Assembly (NCBI GenBank): GCA_041581895.1
Contig: JBFICQ010000003.1
Location: 1 to 38,222, forward strand
From: Polyangiales bacterium
Lineage (GTDB): Bacteria > Myxococcota_A > Polyangia > Polyangiales > Houyiibacteriaceae
Reading direction: 5' to 3'
Length of the DNA: 38,222 nt
The notes under the pieces were generated by a model, which was not told the DNA's origin, ran no database searches, and saw only the letters and a program-made list of their open reading frames with translations. How positions within the stretch are numbered: the stretch's first letter is position 1; each line of letters opens with the position of its first letter. Below are positions 28,169 through 36,769 of this stretch, piece after piece. A program made the translations under genes and the position numbers.

Positions 28169-29905
28169 ATGAACGTGCGTCGAACGACGCGGGTTTTCAC
28201 CGCATTGCTCGTGTCCCTGCTGCTGAGTTGCACCGGCCGCAAACAGGTGCCGTTCGGCTTGGAAGACGCGAGCACGAGCCCCACCGAAACGACAGAGGAA
28301 ATCGAGGAGGGGGCTCCAGAGTGGCCGGTCGGAGAGGTATTCGCGGCAGACCAGGTTGAGGTCCCGATCAACGAGTCAACCATGGTTCTCGATTCGGGTT
28401 ACGCGCTGGCCGCGCTCCGCTTGGATTTGGATGACGACGAAGTCAGCGATGCCTTGGTCGTGTCGGCAGATCCGGAAGAAACCAGGCTGCAGGCTGGTTA
28501 TCCACGCGGAATGACCGTGAGCTCTCGCACGATCGACTCCTTCATGGTGCCCGGGCATTGCTCGGAACCGACCGCGGAGATACGTCAGCTCTCGGAGTCG
28601 CTCGTTGGCGTGAAAGTCGAGCATCGGTGCGAAGCAGGACCACGCCAAAATTTCTGGATTCTCTCGGTAGAAGCCCAACCCCGGGTGCGTGAGCGGATCA
28701 CGGTATTGCCACCCAACAGGGATTCCACCGCTCCAATCGATTTGTCGCTACGCATCCAGGATTACGATGCCGACGGATACGAAGATGTGACCGCAGACAT
28801 CCGGATCGGCAAGATGGAAGTGCCGCTGACCTGGCTGAACAGGCCCGGTGGATTCGCCAGAGACCCTTCACAACCCGAAGCCACGTTTCAACAGCTCGCG
28901 GATCAAGCGGCAGCCATCCTCGGCTCTGATCCGTCGGCGGCAGAGGATCTCGCGATGCGGGTCCTCGATTCGTTTCGCGCGTTTTGTCGCGAAAGCGGGG
29001 CAGCTCGAATTGGTCTCTCGGGTGCGCAGGGCCTTCAGTGTCAAACATCACCAGGCGCTGCGCGTGCGTCGACGGTCGCTGCGGCCGCCGCCATCAAGAA
29101 AGGCGATTTCGTGCGCGCACTCGAGCTCCAGCGGTTGTGGGACCAGGCGGCGGCGAAGCCGACCGCCGAAGACCGAAGGCGGGTTGATGCAGCCTGGCAA
29201 CGCACTACGGCGAGGAGTAGCGCTACCTGGCAGCGACTCGATAACGAAGCGAGCTCCGTGCGGCTTCACTTCTTAGATGCGGACACCCTAGTCATCGGAG
29301 GGCGCCAACCACGCAAGATCCAGATCAGCACCGGAACGCGATCGAGCCTTTCTGAGTCGGAGCTCCCTCCCGCAATACGCGATCCAGAAGATCGCTTCCG
29401 CGTACATGAGGTGCGCGTAACCTGTGCAGGCTTCGAAGCAAAAGTGGGGCCGATTCGTGGAAAACGGACCCACCGCGTTCCAATCGACAGGGCTTCCGTG
29501 GGCACGCCTTGCAGGACGCCCATCGATCGACCGGCATCCGCCCTCGATTGGGCTGTGCTTGGGTGGGCGCCCCAAGGTCTTCTGGCGGCAACGGGCGATC
29601 GACTACGGATCGTCCCGCTCGATGCGTTCGCCAAGCCCGCCGGCCGTCCGATCGACCTGGCCGCCGGGAGCCCACTGCCCGCGCCGATTCGAGGCGCGCG
29701 GATCACACCTGACGGCTCACGCTACGTAATTCCCCATTCCCAGGGTGTCGTCGTCCGAGACTGGAAAACCGGGGCCACTGGGCTATGGCTGAGGCCGTCG
29801 GATTGGGACACCGTTCCCGGCGAGGTCCGCAGCATCGCGATAAGCCCCGATGGTCGGCGCGTAGCGCTGCAGAAAGGCACGGAGATTCGGCTCATCACCT
29901 GGTAG
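28169..29905 (+). CDS. Hypothetical lipoprotein with FG-GAP-like acidic loops and C-terminal beta-propeller-like repeats
   Basis: Lipobox LLLS-C; DLDDDEVSD and DYDADGYED loops; ITPDGSRYV and ISPDGRRVAL TolB/WD40-like blade motifs. Confidence 0.65.
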   Translation: MNVRRTTRVFTALLVSLLLSCTGRKQVPFGLEDASTSPTETTEEIEEGAPEWPVGEVFAADQVEVPINESTMVLDSGYALAALRLDLDDDEVSDALVVSADPEETRLQAGYPRGMTVSSRTIDSFMVPGHCSEPTAEIRQLSESLVGVKVEHRCEAGPRQNFWILSVEAQPRVRERITVLPPNRDSTAPIDLSLRIQDYDADGYEDVTADIRIGKMEVPLTWLNRPGGFARDPSQPEATFQQLADQAAAILGSDPSAAEDLAMRVLDSFRAFCRESGAARIGLSGAQGLQCQTSPGAARASTVAAAAAIKKGDFVRALELQRLWDQAAAKPTAEDRRRVDAAWQRTTARSSATWQRLDNEASSVRLHFLDADTLVIGGRQPRKIQISTGTRSSLSESELPPAIRDPEDRFRVHEVRVTCAGFEAKVGPIRGKRTHRVPIDRASVGTPCRTPIDRPASALDWAVLGWAPQGLLAATGDRLRIVPLDAFAKPAGRPIDLAAGSPLPAPIRGARITPDGSRYVIPHSQGVVVRDWKTGATGLWLRPSDWDTVPGEVRSIAISPDGRRVALQKGTEIRLITW

Positions 29906-29923
29906 GCCGGGCAAAGCTTCAGC

Positions 29924-31201
29924 ATGGATTGGCGATGGAACAACTCGGGGCCTCTGGGCCCTCGCTCCCGTTTTCTTACGGCTCTGTTCCTGCTTCTGCT
30001 GGGCGGCGGCTGTAGCGGCGTGCGCTCGCGCCCTTCGACTCCCTGTATGTCGGACGCGGAGTGCCGCGCAGATCGAATTTGTCACGAAGGCCGCTGTCGC
30101 TTCGTCGGGGAAGTGCTGACCGAGTTGGCAATACCGCCCGACGAAGCGGCAGGCGCGGTTGTGGACAGCGGAGCTTTGCCGAGAAGTGCCAACGGATTCA
30201 TGGGAGATGCGGCCCATACCGGCCGAAGCGAGAATCGCGGCCCGGCCGTGTCGCCGTCCCCGATGTGGACCTACAAGACCGGCGCAAGGGTATTCGCCTC
30301 ACCGATCACGGGACACGACGGAACGATCTATGTAGGTTCGCTAGATGGACAATTCGTGGCGCTCAATCCGGACGGAACGCTTAAGTGGCGGTATGCGGCG
30401 GGCCACAAGATCTATTCGACCGCACTCGTGGTCGGGAGCTCGGTGATCTTCGGAACGCACCAACGCGAGCTGGTTTCGCTCTCGCTGCAAGGACGGCCGA
30501 GGTGGAAGCTTCCGTTGCAAGACGTGGTCGATGCGTCTGCAACGCTCGGCCCCGACGGACGGATCTACGTGGTTGCTAATGGGGCACTTGCCGTAGACCT
30601 GTTGGGCCGGCTTTACTGGCACAAGCCGACGGCCAACCACGTCCGAAGCGACCCTGCTATCCACCCGGCCCAATTGATCGTGATCGGGACTAGCGAAGGC
30701 ACGCTGATCGGCATTCGACCCGACGGATCTGTAGCTTGGGAGACCCAGCTCGGCGGAGCGATCGAGGGGGCGGCATCTGTCGACGATGAGGGCAGAATTT
30801 ACGTCGGGACGGGACGCGGCGAGGTCGTGCAAGTCGATGAGTCCGGAAATGTTCTCTGGCGATTCAACACAGGCGGTGAAGTGCGCGCCACGCCTGCAAT
30901 CGCACGGGATGGCACTATCGTGGCAGGGTCTTATGATGGCAACGTCTACGCGATCGCGCCCACGGGCGCGCTTCGTTGGAGGGTAGCCACTGGCGGTAGA
31001 GTGCGGGCATCGGCCCGAATCGACGCCGACGGCCGCATCTACGTAGGCTCACAAGACAACTTGCTCTATTGCATCGATCCGAACGGATCGGTTCTTTGGC
31101 GCTACAACATCGGCCAAGACGTCGACTCGTCTGTGGAAATTGCACGGGACGGAACACTCTACGTTGGATCGGATGATGGAGGGGTTCACGCCCTGCGGTA
31201 A
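29924..31201 (+). CDS. PQQ-like (BamB-type) 8-bladed beta-propeller lipoprotein with N-terminal Cys-rich module
   Basis: Lipobox LGGG-C; CMSDAECRADRICHEGRC; eight repeats of the type DGTIYVGSLDGQFVALNPDGTLKWRY. Confidence 0.82.
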   Translation: MDWRWNNSGPLGPRSRFLTALFLLLLGGGCSGVRSRPSTPCMSDAECRADRICHEGRCRFVGEVLTELAIPPDEAAGAVVDSGALPRSANGFMGDAAHTGRSENRGPAVSPSPMWTYKTGARVFASPITGHDGTIYVGSLDGQFVALNPDGTLKWRYAAGHKIYSTALVVGSSVIFGTHQRELVSLSLQGRPRWKLPLQDVVDASATLGPDGRIYVVANGALAVDLLGRLYWHKPTANHVRSDPAIHPAQLIVIGTSEGTLIGIRPDGSVAWETQLGGAIEGAASVDDEGRIYVGTGRGEVVQVDESGNVLWRFNTGGEVRATPAIARDGTIVAGSYDGNVYAIAPTGALRWRVATGGRVRASARIDADGRIYVGSQDNLLYCIDPNGSVLWRYNIGQDVDSSVEIARDGTLYVGSDDGGVHALR

Positions 31202-31202
31202 A

Positions 31203-33512
31203 ATGAAAGAACAAATTCCTGAGAAAGAAGAAATCCTGGAAGTCCTCCAGGCACATGCCCCGCGCGCGATGCACGTCGGAGAGCTCTGTGGGCGACTTGA
31301 TGTCTCCCGGGCGGCAAAGGACGAAGTCGTTCGTCAGCTATTGCTGCTTGCGGACGACAATGTCGTCGGTGAGATGCCGGGCTTGCGATTTCGAGCCCTC
31401 AAAGGTGCCAAGAACAAGAAACGCGGGCGCCAAAAACAAAAAACAACGCGCGGACGCGGTCGACGTGCGCAAGAACGGCTAGTCGAAGCTGTTGCGATGA
31501 CACCCTTGCTGGAAGGCCGGCTCACGATCACGCGGCAAGGCTACGGTTTCGTGAACGTGTACGACGGGAACCCCGATGTGTTCATACCTGCGAATGCGCT
31601 GGGCCCTGCACTTCACGGAGACCAAGTGCAATTGCGCACCAAGCCTTCTGCGAAGGGTCGTGAAGGGCACATCGTGGGAGTCGTCGAGCGGCGTCCGGCA
31701 CGAGTGACTGGAACTCTTCATGCGCGCGGGCGTGGTGTCGTTTTCGAGCCGGACGACGAGCGCCTTCGCAGTCCGATGCGCGTGGTCGGAAGGGCACCGA
31801 AACGCGGCGCGAAGGGCAAGGTAGCATTGGCGGAGATCGTGCGGTTCCCTCAGAAGCGCGAAGACCGGCCCGAAGTTCGTATCGTCGAGATGCTGGGAGC
31901 CGAGGGCATCGCACGAATTGAGGTCGAGAAGATCAAAATCCGAGAAGGGATCCGAGAGGAATTCCCCGAAGACGTGCTGCTCGAAGCAGCCGCGCTTCCC
32001 GCGCGCGTCGAGAGGAGCGAATCGAAGCGTCGCACCGATCTTCGAGACATCGATTTGGTCACCATCGATCCGGAGACTGCGCGCGATCACGACGACGCGA
32101 TCTGGGTCAAGCGCGAGCGCGATGGATTTCGACTGATCGTGGCGATCGCGGACGTGTCGCACTACGTGACCGAGGGAACCGCGATGGACCGCGAGGCCAG
32201 CGCCCGGTCTACCAGCATTTACCTGCCCGATCGCGCGATTCCGATGCTGCCGCCCAAGCTGTCTACCGACCTGGCCTCGCTTCTTCCCAACCGAGATCGC
32301 TTGTGCATGGCAGTGGAGATGCGGCTGGATTCCAAGGCACATGTAACCTCACACCGAATTTTCGAAGGCGTGATGCGGTCGCACGGCAAGCTGACCTACG
32401 AAGGGGTCGCGCGCGCCCTCGAGCTGACGAGGCAAGGCCCTCGCGAGCCGGCTGCGCAAAGGCGGGTTGACACACTCAAAGTTCTTCTCGACCTTTCGCA
32501 ACGCCTTCGCCAACATCGGCGGAAGCGCGGCGCCCTCGATTTCGACTTACCGGAAGCCAAAGTCGTGCTCGATGACCATGGCGAGCCTCAGGCGATCTCC
32601 CAATCGCGCAGGGACCCCGGTATTCGCCAAGCTTATCGGATCGTGGAAGACATGATGTTGATTACGAATGAGGTCGTGGCGGCACATTTGAAGCGTCACG
32701 CAGCCCCCGGGGTGTTCCGAGTTCACGGCAAGCCGGATCCCGAGCGTATTTCCACATTCTGTCAGGTGGCGAAGTCGTTCGGTTACGAGCTCGACGAAGA
32801 GGCCGCCGCGACACCAAAACAGCTCGGTAAATTCTTGCGTCGGATCGAGGGAGCGAGTGAGGCACCATTGCTGCGTTACCTCTTGCTGAGGGCGATGCAG
32901 CAAGCAATGTACGATACAGACCCGACTGCTGGGCACTTTGCGTTGGCCGCGAAGGACTACCTGCATTTCACTTCGCCGATTCGTCGATATCCGGATCTGC
33001 TGGTGCACAGAATTGTGCGGGACATGATTCGGGACCGAAGCCTTGATGGCGCCTCGCTTCGACCGCGCTTGCAGCGATTCGCCGCGAAAGCAAGCGAGCT
33101 CGAGCGCAGAGCGATAACTGTCGAACGAGACGTCGTAGACGTGTACCGCGCGATCTACATGCAAGAACACGTGGGTGACACTTTCGAAGGACGCATCGGG
33201 GGCTTTTCACCCAATGGGATTTACGTCCAAATCGAAGAGCCTTTTGCGAGCGTCTTGCTTCCTTTCGAACAGCTCGACGACAGTTTCGAGCCTGACGATC
33301 TGGGCATTCGGTTGATCGGCGCCCGAACATCGAAGGTCTTCACGATGAACGATCCTGTCACGGTGAAAATCGAAGAGGCGAACGTGCAGGGACGCGAAGT
33401 CATTGGCTCGCTCGTTCGACACGACGTCGCGGAGGCACCGAGTCAGGCGCGTAGGAAGCGGCGGCCTCGGACAAGCAAGAAGAAGGCGCGGCGACCTCGG
33501 CGCAAATCGTGA
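31203..33512 (+). CDS. rnr: Ribonuclease R
   Basis: ATG at 31203. N-terminal HTH-like region, cold-shock domains (GYGFV, DVFIP), RNB catalytic TIDPETARDHDDAI, HFTSPIRRYPDL, S1 domain and Arg/Lys-rich tail. Confidence 0.92.
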   Translation: MKEQIPEKEEILEVLQAHAPRAMHVGELCGRLDVSRAAKDEVVRQLLLLADDNVVGEMPGLRFRALKGAKNKKRGRQKQKTTRGRGRRAQERLVEAVAMTPLLEGRLTITRQGYGFVNVYDGNPDVFIPANALGPALHGDQVQLRTKPSAKGREGHIVGVVERRPARVTGTLHARGRGVVFEPDDERLRSPMRVVGRAPKRGAKGKVALAEIVRFPQKREDRPEVRIVEMLGAEGIARIEVEKIKIREGIREEFPEDVLLEAAALPARVERSESKRRTDLRDIDLVTIDPETARDHDDAIWVKRERDGFRLIVAIADVSHYVTEGTAMDREASARSTSIYLPDRAIPMLPPKLSTDLASLLPNRDRLCMAVEMRLDSKAHVTSHRIFEGVMRSHGKLTYEGVARALELTRQGPREPAAQRRVDTLKVLLDLSQRLRQHRRKRGALDFDLPEAKVVLDDHGEPQAISQSRRDPGIRQAYRIVEDMMLITNEVVAAHLKRHAAPGVFRVHGKPDPERISTFCQVAKSFGYELDEEAAATPKQLGKFLRRIEGASEAPLLRYLLLRAMQQAMYDTDPTAGHFALAAKDYLHFTSPIRRYPDLLVHRIVRDMIRDRSLDGASLRPRLQRFAAKASELERRAITVERDVVDVYRAIYMQEHVGDTFEGRIGGFSPNGIYVQIEEPFASVLLPFEQLDDSFEPDDLGIRLIGARTSKVFTMNDPVTVKIEEANVQGREVIGSLVRHDVAEAPSQARRKRRPRTSKKKARRPRRKS

Positions 33513-34840
33513 TGCCCGCTCGAGGGACATCGTTATCGGTGCCGGAGCTCATCGTCCGAAAGCGAGATGGGGGCAATCTCGCCAAAGCGGAAATCGCAGC
33601 GCTGGTCTCCGGCTTCATGGACGGCTCGGTGACCGACTACCAAATGAGCGCGTTTGCCATGGCTGTCTACTTCGAGGGTATGAGCTTCGAAGAAACCGTC
33701 GCCCTCACGCTCGCCATGCGCGACAGCGGCAAAGTGCTCAATCTGGCCAGCATCACTGCTCCCAAGGTCGACAAGCACTCGACAGGAGGGGTTGGTGACA
33801 AGGTCAGCATCTGCCTAGCGCCCATCATGGCGGCGTGCGGCGTGGCGGTTCCGATGATGAGCGGACGGGGGCTCGGGCACACCGGCGGCACGCTCGACAA
33901 GCTCGAAGCGATTCCCGGCTTCCGCGTCGACCTGTCGGTTGAGGAGCTTCGAGCGCAAGTGCGTACGGTTGGTTGCGCCCTCATCGGGCAAACCGCCGAC
34001 CTCGCTCCAGCGGATCGTCGTCTCTACGCCCTTCGCGACGTGACGGGTACCGTGGAGTCGATCCCACTGATCACGGCAAGCATCCTCTCGAAGAAACTGG
34101 CCGAGGGCATTGATGGGTTGGTGCTCGACGTCAAGGTAGGGCGGGGCGCGTTCATGAAGAGCCTGGCCTCGGCCAAGGAGCTCGCCCGTAGTTTGGTGCG
34201 CGTCGGTCGGCTGGCTGGCAAGCAGGTTTCCGCGTTGCTGACCGACATGAGCAGCCCGATCGGCTACACGATCGGCAACTCGGTGGAGACGATCGAAGCG
34301 CTCGAGGTCTTGCACGATCGCGGTCCCGAGGACCTGCGTGAGATCACATTCGCCCTCGGGGCAGAGATGCTTCGAATCGCTGGCTTCGCGAAGTCGAAAG
34401 CCGAGGCGTTGCGCCGTCAACAAGCGGTCGTGAGAGATGGTACGGCGCTTCGCAAGATGCAGGCGATTGTCGGAGCTCAGGGCGGGGATATCCGCGTTGT
34501 CGACGAGCCCGATCGCCTCCCCGTGGCGCGCCATCAGTCGACCGTGACTGCGCGGAAGGCCGGCTACATTCGAGAGATCGATGCACTCGAGCTCGGCTAT
34601 TCATCGATGGGATTGGGCGCGGGCCGTAGCCGGGCCGAGGACCGGGTGGACCCCGGGGCTGGCGTTCGGCTTCACCTGCGTCGTGGCGACCGGGTCGAGG
34701 TTGGCCAAGTGGTTGCAACGCTTTATTCGTCCGACAGGTCGTGTCTCGATGACGGAACCATCCGCGTCGGGAACTGCTTCGAGATCGGCAAGAAGAAGCC
34801 GGAGCCACGCGACCGAATCATTGGAGCGATTCGACGCTGA
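33509..34840 (+). CDS. deoA: Thymidine/pyrimidine-nucleoside phosphorylase
   Basis: RKRDG, DYQMSAFAMA, VDKHSTGGVGDK, SGRGLGHTGGTLDKLEAIPG, LYALRDVTGTV, SILSKKLAEG and LDVKVGRGAFMK. Start overlaps the rnr stop. Confidence 0.93.
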   Translation: MMPARGTSLSVPELIVRKRDGGNLAKAEIAALVSGFMDGSVTDYQMSAFAMAVYFEGMSFEETVALTLAMRDSGKVLNLASITAPKVDKHSTGGVGDKVSICLAPIMAACGVAVPMMSGRGLGHTGGTLDKLEAIPGFRVDLSVEELRAQVRTVGCALIGQTADLAPADRRLYALRDVTGTVESIPLITASILSKKLAEGIDGLVLDVKVGRGAFMKSLASAKELARSLVRVGRLAGKQVSALLTDMSSPIGYTIGNSVETIEALEVLHDRGPEDLREITFALGAEMLRIAGFAKSKAEALRRQQAVVRDGTALRKMQAIVGAQGGDIRVVDEPDRLPVARHQSTVTARKAGYIREIDALELGYSSMGLGAGRSRAEDRVDPGAGVRLHLRRGDRVEVGQVVATLYSSDRSCLDDGTIRVGNCFEIGKKKPEPRDRIIGAIRR

Positions 34841-36200
34841 GGACACATCGGCTCGGATCGGGCTCCATGATGTTCCTACGAATGGATCTGCTTGCTCGGT
34901 CGTCGAGAAGCTCCGTCGTGGGGAAGCGTGCACTCGATGCGTAGCGCGCGCCGAGCTCGACGAAGAAGTTCGAGCCACTCACCTCGTCGAGAACGGCGAG
35001 GACATCCTCGGCGTCGACGAGCGTCGGGAGACTGGACAATCGGGGTTGCGCGAGGTCGAGGGCGCGCAGAAGCGTCATCTGGCCAGCACTTTCGCGTCGG
35101 AGCCGAAGATCCGCTTCCAACGCGAAGGCTGTACCAGCCCAGTAGACTCGGTAGTACGCCCCGGTTCGGTGCATATCGCGGCTCTCACTGGTCAAAACTC
35201 GGCCCGTGCCCGACCGGCGACCGCGTTCGAGGCCCTTGCGAATGAGATCCCACGAGACCGCCGCGCTTTGAAGGCCGCATCGCGCGCGCAAGATCTCCTG
35301 GAGATATGTGGCGATGCCCTCCGTGAGCCACCGGTCCGTACGGCGAAGTCGTGGCAGCCAGAGATGAGAGAGCTCGTGAATTACGACCCAGTCGGCTTCG
35401 AGATCTCGAACCTGCGCGGCGCTCGAGGCGATCAGCAAAACCGATGGGCCCCCGGCGCGACGAACCATCCCGAACGCAACCGGTCGATTCATCCCATCCA
35501 CGGGTACGACGACGAAGTGCAACCGTTCTACCGGAAAGCTGCTGCCAACCGACGCCACCGCACCGATGCCGCCGACCAGCCACTGGCGGGTGACTTCGCC
35601 CGCAGGCTTTGGGCCAAGACGTGCGACTGAAACAGGGATATCGGCGACTGAGAAACGCTCCTCGAAAAAAAAGCCGAAAACGTTGTAGCCATGTTGGTGA
35701 AATGCGTCCCTGTCGGGATAGTAGACGCTGCCTTGACGAGCCCAGGGAAGGGAAGCACGCGCGCCCGAGGGCAACGCGATCGAGACGGAAGCCTCGAGGT
35801 TCGATGGAAACGGCTCAGGGCGCCATAGCCATTCTGCTTGGGATACGACGACCGCGCGCGAATCGCGAGAGCGAAACACTTCGTCTACGAAACGGGTCTC
35901 ATACCAAACGCAAGCCGCGCCCATCGCAGCGGACAACTCGATCCGGCTTGCAAGGGAGTCGAGCGCACCGTGCTCGGACCACACCCGACTCAAACCGCGA
36001 GCCGCCTCGGTGTCGATGGGAGAGAGATGGCTCGGCGCGAATCCTTCGAAGCACACGTGGACTCTCGCGCCGTCGAAGTTGTCAAAGATTGTAACAAAGT
36101 ACCCGACGCGAGGAGCGCTCTCGAGGGCGGGAGAGACCGAAGCAGCATGGGCGCATCCGACCGCTGCGGCGAGCACCAGGAATTTCCAGAGCTTGGGCAT
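34818..36200 (-). CDS. Putative gluzincin (M1/M61/MA-like) zinc metallopeptidase lipoprotein
   Basis: Lipobox AAVG-C; HEXXH motif VIHELSHLW followed by the third ligand in WLTEGIATY; downstream YYRVYWAG Tyr motif. Confidence 0.75.
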   Translation of the reverse strand: MPKLWKFLVLAAAVGCAHAASVSPALESAPRVGYFVTIFDNFDGARVHVCFEGFAPSHLSPIDTEAARGLSRVWSEHGALDSLASRIELSAAMGAACVWYETRFVDEVFRSRDSRAVVVSQAEWLWRPEPFPSNLEASVSIALPSGARASLPWARQGSVYYPDRDAFHQHGYNVFGFFFEERFSVADIPVSVARLGPKPAGEVTRQWLVGGIGAVASVGSSFPVERLHFVVVPVDGMNRPVAFGMVRRAGGPSVLLIASSAAQVRDLEADWVVIHELSHLWLPRLRRTDRWLTEGIATYLQEILRARCGLQSAAVSWDLIRKGLERGRRSGTGRVLTSESRDMHRTGAYYRVYWAGTAFALEADLRLRRESAGQMTLLRALDLAQPRLSSLPTLVDAEDVLAVLDEVSGSNFFVELGARYASSARFPTTELLDDRASRSIRRNIMEPDPSRCVLSVESLQ

Positions 36201-36460
36201 GACGTAACTGTCTGGAATCTATGGGGTATTATTTGAGGATGGCCAGGGGTAATCGTGGGGCCCCGAAGGCAACCGTCGACTGAGACCACCGCACCCGTGA
36301 AGATCGTCAATCACGCTTTTGGTTTGCGACGCGCCGGTCGTTTGGCTAGCGTTGCGCTATTGAGAAGCGGGGGTGCGGGATTGGTCCCTATCGCCGCATT
36401 GCATCGCGGGCGACAGACAGTCCCGAGTGATGCGCTTTAGATGAAAGAGGGTAGAGAACT

Positions 36461-36691
36461 ATGAATTCAGCACTCAAGCACACGATCATCGCAATGGCGA
36501 CGGCGGCGCTGAGCATGACCGCAGCATGCAAGTCGGACGACGGTCCGGACGCAGCTGAGGCTACAGCCGGTGCCGAGGCGGCAGCGGCCGAGGCAGAGGG
36601 CGCTGCAGAAGGCGCTGAAGAAGCGGCGGGCGAAGCCGTAGAAGCGGCATCTGAGGCCTCGTGCGGCGAAGGCAGCTGCGGCGCCAAGTAA
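36461..36691 (+). CDS. Putative MNIO RiPP precursor peptide (HvfA/EGKCG-like) with lipoprotein-type signal
   Basis: 76 aa after a purine-rich SD region (GAAAGAGG). Signal MNSALKHTIIAMATAALSMTAA-C23, acidic Ala/Glu linker, C-terminal EASCG-EGSCG-AK. Directly upstream of a DUF692 gene. Confidence 0.82.
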   Translation: MNSALKHTIIAMATAALSMTAACKSDDGPDAAEATAGAEAAAAEAEGAAEGAEEAAGEAVEAASEASCGEGSCGAK

Positions 36692-36702
36692 CGAAAGCTC
36701 AC

Positions 36703-36765
36703 GCCGCTCTTCGAGCGGCATAATATGGAAAGCCGCGGCGGCGATTGTCGTCGCGGCTTTGTTTT
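36703..36765 (+). terminator. Tandem stem-loops / intrinsic terminator between precursor and MNIO gene
   Basis: GCCGCTC-TTC-GAGCGGC (36703-36719), then a 14-bp stem AAAGCCGCGGCGGC-GATT-GTCGTCGCGGCTTT (36729-36760, two G.U pairs) followed by GTTTT. Confidence 0.7.
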
Positions 36766-36769
36766 CGAA

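Noticed and set aside
29924-31201. PQQ-dependent dehydrogenase or true bamB
   Set aside because: Only generic propeller repeats are seen, with no dehydrogenase catalytic features and no bamB-type gene context.
34818-34840. 23-nt convergent overlap of deoA and the peptidase as an antisense control system
   Set aside because: Short 3' overlaps are common in compact GC-rich genomes and there is no further evidence.
34581-35630. 349-aa plus-strand ORF and other long alternative-frame ORFs (e.g. 510..1604, 1887..2864, 5344..6462, 5916..6875, 9390..10418, 31479..32342)
   Set aside because: They overlap well-supported genes in antisense or shifted frames, lack recognisable motifs and are expected shadows in GC-rich coding DNA.
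36341-36360. Sigma54 promoter (TGGC...GC) upstream of the precursor
   Set aside because: GG-N10-GC is present but the conserved TGGCAC and TTGC contexts are not correctly spaced; likely chance in GC-rich DNA.
36461-36724. Selenocysteine read-through of the MNIO precursor with the downstream hairpin as a SECIS
   Set aside because: The ORF has no in-frame TGA and ends in TAA; the hairpins are better explained as terminator/stabiliser.
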